The notes beneath the pieces were generated by a model. That model had not been told where the DNA came from. It worked only from the letters and a program-made list of their open reading frames with translations, and did no database searches. A stretch of DNA of 64,000 nt from contig CM121341.1 of NCBI GenBank assembly GCA_051530055.1, positions 13,432,784-13,496,783 on the forward strand. Reading direction: 5' to 3'. Below, one piece after another: positions 1 through 9,429 of this stretch. The stretch comes from Neoechinorhynchus agilis (lineage: Eukaryota; Animalia; Acanthocephala). The first letter of the stretch is position 1, and each line of letters opens with the position of its first letter. A program made the translations under genes and the position numbers.

Positions 1-246
1 CAGAATCTTGCTCCATCTACGTTGATTCCAATGGGACCAATAAATCCAATGTTCCAACCGCAACATCATATCATCCCGATGCACTGTACTCAAAACCAAA
101 CGTTTCCATCTCAACTCACGAGCTTCGTCCCCATGTTCCCGGAACAATGGTTTGTGCCACCTTCAATTACACAATTCACAACCACTAGAGCACCAGTAAT
201 GTTTGACGATGCGGTGCAGATGGACCAAAGAGTGCGGCGTTACTGA
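1..246 (+). CDS. Pro/Gln/Thr-rich small protein, array copy 1 (5' end outside window)
   Basis: Starts at QNLAP, in frame with the other copies; TGA at 244-246. Confidence 0.6.
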   Translation, partial: QNLAPSTLIPMGPINPMFQPQHHIIPMHCTQNQTFPSQLTSFVPMFPEQWFVPPSITQFTTTRAPVMFDDAVQMDQRVRRY

Positions 247-802
247 AGCAATTGATGATTATTAGTAGTTGAGAGCCATTAGAACTTCATATTTTAGTTT
301 AGTACAAAAAATTAAACTTTTTGTTTCAAAAAAATTGAAAATTTACAGAATACAGGAGACGTCCGATCGTAAGTTACAGTATTTTGTTTTATCAAAAGGA
401 TAATTTTTTACTATTTTCCGTCTCGATTGGTGGGCGACCCAGATAAAACGTATTTTATTGTTCGCAAAATATTTCGAAAGAGGAAACCTCCTCGCATTAT
501 TCATCATTGTTTCGCAAGACCGGGTGATTATCTTCATCACCATGTTAAAATTTACTATCCCGGTGGATTTTCTCTTGATGTGAATTTCTAAAAAAATTTG
601 TAAAAGGCACAAATATTGACATTATTTACAAGCTTATATATTTGTTAGCAAAAAAGGTCGAATTGACGTGGTCCAAATTCAGCAAAGATTCGACATACAG
701 ATAGAAGTTTATTGATTCTTAACGTTACGGCATCGAACGTAAGTTCGCTTCTCTCTCTAGAAGCCGTTTACCTCCCTTTCAACTCCTTTTTTTCTTAAGA
801 AA

Positions 803-1078
803 ATGGGTAAATCGTCATCGAAGCAGCAACCTCAGAATCTTGCTCCATCTACGTTGATTCCAATGGGACAAATAAATCCAATGTTCCAACCTCAACATCA
901 TATCATCCCGATGCCCTGTACTCAAAACCAAACGTTTCCATCTCAACTCACGAGTTTCGTCCCCATGTTCCCGGAACAATGGTTTGTGCCACCTTCAATT
1001 ACACCATTCACAACCACTAGAGCACCAGTAATGTTTGACGATGCGGTGCTGATGGACCAAAGAGTGCGGCGTTACTGA
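803..1078 (+). CDS. 91-aa Pro/Gln/Thr-rich protein with MGKSSSK N-myristoylation-type terminus, copy 2
   Basis: Intact ORF conserved across all copies without indels; G2/S6/K7 pattern. Confidence 0.65.
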   Translation: MGKSSSKQQPQNLAPSTLIPMGQINPMFQPQHHIIPMPCTQNQTFPSQLTSFVPMFPEQWFVPPSITPFTTTRAPVMFDDAVLMDQRVRRY

Positions 1079-1631
1079 AGCAATTGATGATTATTAGTAG
1101 TTGAGAGCCATTAGAACTTCATATTTTAGTTTAGTACAAAAAATTAAACTTTTTTTCCAAAAAAATTGAAAATTTACAGAACACAGGAGACGTCCGATCG
1201 TAAGTTACAGTATTTTGTTTTATCAAAAGGATAATTTTTTACTATTTTCCATCTCGATTGGTGGGCGACCCGGATAAAACGTATTTTATTGTTCGCAAAA
1301 TATTTCGAAAGAGGAAACCTCCTCGCATTATTCATCATTGTTTCGCAAGACCGGGTGATTATCTTCATCACCAGGTTAAAATTTACTATCCCGGTGGATT
1401 TTCTCGATATGAATTTCTAAAATTTTTTGTAAAAGGCATAAATATTGACATTATTTACAAGCTTATATATTTGTTAGCAAAAAAGGTCGAATTGACGTGG
1501 TCCAAATTCAGCAAAGATTCGACATACAGATAGAAGTTTATTGATTCTCAACGTTACGGCATCGAACGTAAGTTCGCTTCTCTCTCTAGAAGCCGTTTAC
1601 CTCCCTTTCAACTCCTTTTTTTCTTCAGAAA

Positions 1632-1907
1632 ATGGGTAAATCGTCATCGAAGCAGCAACCTCAGAATCTTGCTCCATCTACGTTGATTCCAATGGGACAA
1701 ACAAATCCAATGTTCCAACCTCAACATCATATCATCCCGATGCCCTGTACTCAAAACCAAACGTTTCCATCTCAACTCACGAGTTTCGTCCCCATGTTCC
1801 CGGAACAATGGTTTGTGCCACCTTCAATTACACCATTCACAACCACTAGAGCACCAGTAATGTTTGACGATGCGGTGCTGATGGACCAAAGAGTGCGGCG
1901 TTACTGA
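1632..1907 (+). CDS. 91-aa Pro/Gln/Thr-rich protein, copy 3
   Basis: Same ORF as copy 2 with few substitutions. Confidence 0.65.
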   Translation: MGKSSSKQQPQNLAPSTLIPMGQTNPMFQPQHHIIPMPCTQNQTFPSQLTSFVPMFPEQWFVPPSITPFTTTRAPVMFDDAVLMDQRVRRY

Positions 1908-2461
1908 AGCAATTGATGATTATTAGTAGTTGAGAGCCATTAGAACTTCATATTTTAGTTTAGTGCAAAAAATTAAACTTTTTTTCCAAAAAAATTGAAA
2001 ATTTACAGAACACAGGAGACGTCCGATCGTAAGTTACAGTATTTTGTTTTATCAAAAGGATAATTTTTTACTATTTTCCATCTCGATTGGTGGGCGACCC
2101 GGATAAAACGTATTTTATTGTTCGCAAAATATTTCGAAAGAGGAAACCTCCTCGCATTATTTATCATTGTTTCGCAAGACCGGGTGATTATCTTTATCAC
2201 CAGTTAAAATTTACTATCCCGGTGGATTTTCTCTTGATGTGAATTTCTAAAAAATTCTGTAAAAGGCATAAATATTGACATTATTTACAAGCTTATATAT
2301 TTGTTAGCAAAAAAGGTCGAATTGATGTGGTCCAAATTCAGCAAAGATTCGACATACAGATAGAAGTTTATTGATTCTTAACGTTACGGCATCGAACGTA
2401 AGTTCGCTTCTCTCTCTAGAAGCCGTTTACCTCCCTTTCAACTCCTTTTTTTCTTCAGAAA

Positions 2462-2737
2462 ATGGGTAAATCGTCATCGAAGCAGCAACCTCAGAATCTT
2501 GCTCCATCTACGTTGATTCCAATGGGACCAATAAATCCAATGTTCCAACCGCAACATCATATCATCCCGATGCCCTGTACTCAAAACCAAACGTTTCCAT
2601 CTCAGCTCACGAGTTTCGTCCCCATGTTCCCGGAACAATGGTTTGTGCCACCTTCAATTACACCATTCACAACCACTAGAGCACCAGTAATGTTTGACGA
2701 TGCGGTGCAGATGGACCAAGGAGTGCGGCGTTACTGA
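2462..2737 (+). CDS. 91-aa Pro/Gln/Thr-rich protein, copy 4
   Basis: Same ORF as copy 2 with few substitutions. Confidence 0.65.
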   Translation: MGKSSSKQQPQNLAPSTLIPMGPINPMFQPQHHIIPMPCTQNQTFPSQLTSFVPMFPEQWFVPPSITPFTTTRAPVMFDDAVQMDQGVRRY

Positions 2738-3291
2738 AGCAATTGATGATTATTAGTAGTTGAGAACCATTAGAACTTCATAATTTAGTTTAGTACAAAA
2801 AATAAAAACTTTTTTCCCAAAAAATTGAAAATTTACAGAACACAGGAGACGTCCGATCGTAAGTTACAGCATTTTGTTTTACCAAAAAGATAACTTTTTA
2901 CTATTTTCCGTCTCGATTGGTGGGCGACCCGGATAAAACGTATATTATTGTTCGCAAAATATTTCGAAAGAGGAAACCTCCTCGCATTATTAATCATTGT
3001 TTCGCAAGACCGGGTGATTATCTTTATCACCAGTTAAAATTTACTATCCCGGTGGATTTTCTCTTGATGTGAATTTCTAAAAAATTCTGTAAAAGACATA
3101 AATATTGACATTATTTACAAGCTTATATATTTGTTAGCAAAAAAGGTCGAATTGACGTGGTCCAAATTCAGCAAAGATTCGACATACAGATAGAAGTTTA
3201 TTGATTCTCAACGTTACGGCATCGAACGTAAGTTCGCATCTCTCTCTAGAAGCCGTTTACCTCCCTTTCAACTCCTTTTTTTCTTCAGAAA

Positions 3292-3567
3292 ATGGGTAAA
3301 TCGTCATCGAAGCAGCAACCTCAGAATCTTGCTCCATCTACGTTGATTCCAATGGGACCAATAAATCCAATGTTCCAACCTCAACATCATATCATCCCGA
3401 TGCCCTGTACTCAAAACCAAACGTTTCCATCTCAGCTCACGAGCTTCGTCCCCATGTTCCCGGAACAATGGTTTGTGCCACCTTCAATTACACCATTCAC
3501 AACCACTAGAGCACCAGTAATGTTTGACGATGCGGTGCTGATGGACCAAAGAGTGCGGCGTTACTGA
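3292..3567 (+). CDS. 91-aa Pro/Gln/Thr-rich protein, copy 5
   Basis: Same ORF as copy 2 with few substitutions. Confidence 0.65.
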   Translation: MGKSSSKQQPQNLAPSTLIPMGPINPMFQPQHHIIPMPCTQNQTFPSQLTSFVPMFPEQWFVPPSITPFTTTRAPVMFDDAVLMDQRVRRY

Positions 3568-4489
3568 AGCAATTGATGATTATTAGTAGTTGAGAGCCAT
3601 TAGAACTTCATATTTTAGTTTAGTACAAAAAATTAAACTTTTTTTGCAAAAAAATTGAAAATTTACAGAATACAGGAGACGTCCGATCGTAAGTTACAGT
3701 ATTTTGTTTTATCAAAAGGATAATTTTTTACTATTTTCCATCTCGATTGGTGGGCGAATGAGAATGTATCGAACTGTTGACCAATGCGAATCATAAACTC
3801 AGCACTGGCATCATGCAAGAATCCCTTAATTGGTCCTCATAATAGTTTTTAAATCATAGAACCCATAGGCCAATCAGATCAAAGTGTAGATTGTATAATC
3901 ATTGGACCACATTATCAAACAATCGGGAAAAATTTCGTTGCCCTTTTTTTGATTATAATAAAACTCTTAAAGTAAAATCCCCTTTTATGCATTTGCGTCT
4001 CACGTATTTAAAAAACTTACAAGCGATCTCTCGAGTGTCGATACGCGATCTAAACAATAATATAAAAGAAGCAAATCCTTAGTTCACCTTTTTCAAGTAA
4101 CTTGGAATCCGAAGTCAACTGGAATCTTAGCAAGAACAAAAGATAACCCTTTTTGATCGTTTGTTGTCTTGGATTATTGTCATCATCGGGACAGTGTTTT
4201 TTTGTTCCTGCGCTCCCAATTCAAAATTTCACTGATTCATTACCAATAGCTTCACATTGGTCCGACAATTTTTATCAATGATAAAAACCTAGAAAATTAT
4301 GTGATCAAGACGTGAATTTATCCGAAATAAATGAGTAAATTTGTGACGCCGAAAACGTCTGTTGCTTTGTATAAAAATCGCTTCAGAAATCATAGTTCTC
4401 CTCATCATTAGTAATAATTGGATTAAAGTGAAGAAGTCATCATTAGCGATTTTTCAATATAAATCAGAGATCGAACTTTATTAAGGACC

Positions 4490-4789
4490 TCATTCAACGC
4501 TTTGCTTCTTTTTCTTCTTCGTCGTCGTTAACATTGATTTATAGCAGCTATTTTTGAAACCATTTTTAAATCTCTTATGGACTTCTTTGAGGTGTCTTTG
4601 ACGTCCCGTACCCGGAGCACGCCTCCTTTTCGCTTTTTTGCTCCAATTGTACGAACGCATCTTTTGGCTTGGATATCCACACGAAGCACACCGATGCTTT
4701 TGAATATGGTAAGAACTACGTCCACATCTTCGACAGAGAGTGTGAGTCTTTGTATGTCGCCTTCCAAAGCTCGTGGTTCCCTTTGTCAT
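4490..4789 (-). CDS. RPL37: 60S ribosomal protein L37 (eL37), intronless
   Basis: [40 protein letters not shown] is the eL37 zinc-finger signature. Confidence 0.97.
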   Translation of the reverse strand: MTKGTTSFGRRHTKTHTLCRRCGRSSYHIQKHRCASCGYPSQKMRSYNWSKKAKRRRAPGTGRQRHLKEVHKRFKNGFKNSCYKSMLTTTKKKKKQSVE

Positions 4790-5106
4790 CTCTCTCTCTC
4801 AAAAAAGATCCCGGACGATTCGACGAAGAGACAGCGTACTGATGACACGAAAGAATTCAAAAACTAATGGGGGGTTTAACAAAAAATAAGAGGAATTACG
4901 TCAACGAAGTGTTTTTGTTTATATCATTTTAGTAATTACCGTTGGTCGCTTCGGATATTCGTCAGGATCTGAGTGTTTGTAACTTTCTATCGATCCAATA
5001 TTTTGGTAATCTATACGATGTCGACGTCTGGGGTTCCTCTCGAAGTCGGCTTTTCATTTCTGATACCCTAAACCGAGATAATGGAGTTCTTGTTAGCAAT
5101 GAAAAG

Positions 5107-5830
5107 AGTATCCTCCCTCCAAGATGAAATGGTTCTTTGGAATGATTCTTTTTACAATATTAAAATCAAAAAGTTAAGCGAAATGCGGCTTCTGGTCTAC
5201 TTTTTACCAACAAAATATCCACACTGACTTTTGAAATTTATGGAAAAATTTTGCTGGATAGCCCGTAAAGAGGAGCGAAACCACCCGGAAAGCAGCTTTT
5301 GATTAAAAAAATCCAGTTAGCATGTTTCCTTGATGCATAGAATACGATAAAAAATGTGATTGCTATTATTCCAATGTCCGGTTCTCATGGACTTTATTTT
5401 TTTATAGATGCCTCTAAAGTCCGTCAATGCACTGTGCGAAATTGTTTGTGTCAGCTATAAAAAGAATATCCCTCCAAGATGAAATGGTTCTTTGGAATGA
5501 TTCTTTTTACAATATTAAAATCGAAAAGTTAAGCGAAATGCGGCTATGCTGGGTTCGATTGAACAACAAATGATCGATTATGTTTTGTTGGCGCTTACCC
5601 GGAAAGCAGCTTTTGATTAAAAAAATCCAGTTAGCGCGTTTCCTAGATGCATAGAACACGATAAAAAAAGTGATTGCTATTATTCCAATGTAAGGTTCTC
5701 ATGGATTTTATTTTTTTATAGATGCCTCTAAAGTCCGTCAATGCACTGTGCGAAATTGTTTGTGGCAGCTATAAAAAGAATATCCCTCCAAGATGAAATG
5801 GTTCTTTGGAATGATTCTCTTTTTTACAAT
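5107..5830 (+). repeat. Degenerate direct repeat, ~2.2 units of 315-358 bp, between divergent RPL37 and PSMC2
   Basis: CCTCCAAGATGAAATGGTTCTTTGGAATGATTCT at ~5115, ~5471 and ~5786. The CCCGGAAAGCAGCTTTTGATT block occurs at ~5284 and ~5598. Confidence 0.9.
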
Positions 5831-5929
5831 AATTCCTCGAAATCCCACTGCGAAAAAGCGAGTTTTCATTTCTGAGAAACCTTTTGAGTAATCCATTAAA
5901 ACTTTTTCATATTCGAATCTGCGTTAGAT

Positions 5930-7824
5930 ATGCCGGACTATTTGGGTGCTGATCAAAGGAAAGTGAAAGAAGGAGATGCCAACGAGAAACCAGTTCAAGC
6001 TCTCGATGATGACGACATTGAGATTTTAAAGAACTACGGAGCCGGTGTTTACGACGAAGCTCTACGAACAATAGAGACCGATATTCGAACACTTTTGAAG
6101 AAAGTTAATGAGCTTAGTGGGATAAAGGAATCTGACACTGGTCTCGCACATCCGGCTCTTTGGGATCTGGCAGCAGACAAGAATGCCCTGCACGTTGAAC
6201 AGCCTCTTCAAGTGGCACGATGCACTAAAATAGTTCCTGTGACCGATCCAGAAGGTGGGGGCCAACATGGTACTCCCCAGAACCGCTATATCATAAACGT
6301 CAAACAATTCGCCAAATTCGTTGTTGACTTGGCGGATTCTGTAGCGCCCACAGATATCGAAGAAGGAATGCGTGTGGGTGTTGATCGTGTCCGATATCAG
6401 ATCCATATTCCTCTTCCGCCTAAAATCGATCCAACGGTTACAATGATGCAAGTAGAGGAAAAACCGGATGTTACCTATAATGACGTCGGTGGATGTAAAG
6501 AACAAATAGATCGGTAGCTGTGCCATATTAGACTTTTTCATCGTTCTCATACTTGTTCAAAAGTGATTTTTTCTTCATAGATAAAATAATAAGAATTTAG
6601 TGTCACTTCCAAAATTTGCGTTTTTTCCCAACGATTTATCCATCCAACAGTTTCAATGTCATTTATTTTTTCAACAAAATTTAAATTGCTTTATATTCTT
6701 ATTTGTTTTTGGAGAAGAACCGAGAATTTAGTGTCACTTCCGAAATTTGCATTTTTCCCCCACGATGATACTGTTTCGTACTCAGTGAACGCCTTCTTAT
6801 ATGAAACTTTTTTCCGATTAAGATTTGCTCGGTTAGGCTCAGAAGTATGTTTTTTCAGCGCACTTATTGTTGGCTTTTATAAAATTCTTTACTAGGGTAT
6901 TAAAAATAATTTTTGTCTACTGTGGTTTGAAAAGTATTTGGTTTCTTGGTTAATCGTTTTTATTGGCAGAATCGAAAAGAAAAAACACAAAGTGTCCCCT
7001 GACTGCGAATTTCGTCCAACTTTAGGAAATTTATTTAAGAGTTTAGTTCTTTTGCGTGACACAGCTTCCAAATAGTTCGTCTCAAAGAAGTCGTAGAGAT
7101 GCCTTTGCTTGAACCGGAAAAGTTCGTTCAATTAGGCATTGAGCCACCAAAAGGTGTTCTACTTTATGGGCCTCCTGGAACTGGCAAGACGTTATGCGCT
7201 CGAGCAGTTGCCAATCGAACAGACGCCTGTTTTATCCGAGTAATTGGTAGTGAATTGGTTCAAAAATATGTCGGAGAAGGCGCTCGAATGGTTCGTGAGT
7301 TATTCCAAATGGCACGAGCCAAAAAAGCTTGTATTATCTTCTTTGACGAAATCGATGCTGTCGGTGGAGCTCGGTTTGATGATGGTGCAGGAAGCGACAA
7401 TGAAGTCCAGAGAACGATGCTCGAATTGATCAATCAATTGGACGGATTCGATCCCCGAGGAAACATAAAGGTTCTAATGGCGACCAATAGACCTGACACC
7501 CTTGATCCAGCACTCGTCCGACCTGGTCGTCTCGACCGGAAAGTTGAATTCAATTTGCCTGATCTTCAGGGCCGCAAACAAATATTTGAGATTCATACCA
7601 ACTCAATGAATGTGGAGAAGTCGATCAGGTACGATTTGTTGGCTCGTCTGTGTCCTAACAGCACTGGAGCTGAAATAAGATCCGTTTGCATCGAAGCAGG
7701 CATGTTCGCTATCAGAGCCAGACGAAAAGTCGCTAACGAGAAGGATTTCTTGGAAGCCGTAAATAAAGTCATAAAAGCCTATGCGAAATTCAGTTCAACT
7801 CCTAAATATATGACTTATAATTAG
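5930..7824 (+). CDS. PSMC2: 26S proteasome AAA-ATPase subunit RPT1 (regulatory subunit 7); two coding segments 5930-6513 and ~7065/7080-7824
   Basis: [12 protein letters not shown]-terminus, [14 protein letters not shown], Walker A GPPGTGKT, Walker B IFFDEID, C-terminus [12 protein letters not shown]. Confidence 0.97.
6513..7069. mobile_element. Non-autonomous TIR element (Mutator-like MITE) inserted in the PSMC2 CDS, apparently acting as its intron
   Basis: TIRs GGTAGCTGTGCCA / TGACACAGCTTCC (11/13 match). Flanking 9-bp direct repeats AAATAGATC (6504-6512) and AAATAGTTC (7070-7078). Internal repeated block GAATTTAGTGTCACTTCC at ~6594 and ~6724. Confidence 0.85.
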
Positions 7825-9294
7825 ATTTATACGGACATTAAAAAACACGGTATGCCATTGACGTCATTCATCGAGGTGGGACTGCAATCTTTTAGTTACG
7901 ATTTTAGATCTTCACGGCCGCTCCCTCCCCTTTCGAAATATCGCTCAATAAAATTTGTTTTATCCGGTGGATTACGATCACCACATTTCTCTCAGCTCAA
8001 AGGGTTATGATCTATCACAATGCCCGAATAAACAAATTTTATTGAGATTTCTCGATGACTTCTGTGTTATTAATATGCGAATAGTGGAGGTATTCACCGC
8101 CTGCATTGTTTAGAGTGCGGATCTTTAATTTATATCCTATATCGATTTCGATCATTTGCGTAACCTTCTATTTATGGTGCAAAAATGATCATAAAGTTTT
8201 TCTGGTGCAAAAAGATGTAGTTTCCATTTGTTTGTTATTTTGTATTGTTGTGAGCGATGAGTTATTTTCGATCAATTCTTTTAGCTTAGCCAAGCAAGTG
8301 CACCTTTAATTTCACACGGGAGATCGGTATGGCTTGTATTGATTGTCATGCTAGCAATGGAACGATCTCCTATAACATTATTGATCATTTATGCATCTAC
8401 TTTGAACGATAACAAATAAGATCACCAATGATCGTATATAATTTTTTAGAACTTACATTTTTTACTCATTTTTACTCGTATATGAAATTGATCTTACCAA
8501 GATTTTGTTTTTAATAGTGTACCATTTTCAATTACTTATCTGTCGATTTATGATCCTTTCAAAGTTTAATTATCACAATCTCCAAACATTTTTTGCGTTT
8601 GAAGATTGAATTTTTTATGTTTGTTCATTGCGTAAAAATTAAAAGAATTCCGCACGCTCATCACCGGAAACTTAAAGCCGTGCGTGATCTTGACATGTGA
8701 TTTCAAAAATGCAGTCAACACGGTTCACCGAGCAGATTTGCTCTAAGTAGTTAGGGATCCCGCATCAGAAGCATTTCGCTATTTCGTTAATGCCTATGGG
8801 ACTTCAACTCATTTGTTGTTCAATAATCACGTTTTGTGGTCAGAAAGAGGAGTTCAACAAGGGGATCCTTTGGGCCCATTGGCCTTCTCACTCGCATTCA
8901 ATCCAGTCGCGCACTCTCTCCAGTCCAGCTGCGCGATTTGGAGACGCTCGTGAAGAAGATGGCGAAAATTGGCATTTAATTGAATGCTGCGAAATGCGAG
9001 ATTTTAGATATGAACGTGGAAGAAGAAGCGTTCAGGCAAACTATCGTGAAAGATTATCAGAACCTGGCCCCGGGATAGAATCGATCACTGTAGACCGGTT
9101 GATTCTTCTAGAATGTTGCATTTTTGGCTTTAATGCAGAAGCAGAGATTGCCAATCTTCAACCGCAACTTTAGGTGCTGTGCGAACGAGTTGATGAATTA
9201 TCTTCAAACGAGGCTTTGTTCCTGATAAAGAGCACACTCTTTATTCCAGAATTGCTGTATGAGCTGCGCACAGCTCCTTTTCTTAGACACAAGG

Positions 9295-9429
9295 TGTGAT
9301 ATCGATTAGTTTCGACTACATCATAAATGTAATTATATTATCGATTACTAACCGTTATCGTTCGTTGTACCATGAAGCGTTTTCGCGGTTCCGTTAGCTA
9401 AATAAAACCACGTTTTCGGTTCTACAACA
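9295..9429 (+). repeat. 5' LTR of Gypsy element
   Basis: TGTGATATCG...TCTACAACA, AATAAA at 9401-9406. Confidence 0.95.

Larger units (their letters stand above)
1..3757 (+). repeat. Tandem array of ~830-bp units (4 full periods plus a partial one; continues off the left edge), each with a 91-aa ORF
   Basis: ATGGGTAAATCG recurs at 803, 1632, 2462 and 3292 (spacing 829/830/830). The window starts inside a fifth copy. Similarity breaks at ~3757 (gtgggcga|atgag). Confidence 0.97.

Noticed and set aside
343-3030. Repeated minus-strand ORFs (343-612, 1174-1371, 2003-2200, 2833-3030) and + ORF 1258-1533 in the array spacer
   Set aside because: Length and frame vary between copies through indels, starts are non-ATG and there is no domain; incidental ORFs.
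1-3757. Array as CRISPR, 5S rDNA, spliced-leader or snRNA repeat
   Set aside because: Units are 830-bp near-identical blocks with no repeat-spacer alternation. I could not recognise 5S, U1/U2 or SL1 sequence by eye; an Infernal scan would be decisive.
3760-4440. Possible decayed coding sequence on the minus strand
   Set aside because: Multiple stops and no recognisable motif; cannot support a call.
4836-4850. CTGATGA...GAAA hammerhead-like strings here and at ~59972
   Set aside because: No helix II can form at 4836; the second lies within SMC1 coding sequence without supporting stems.
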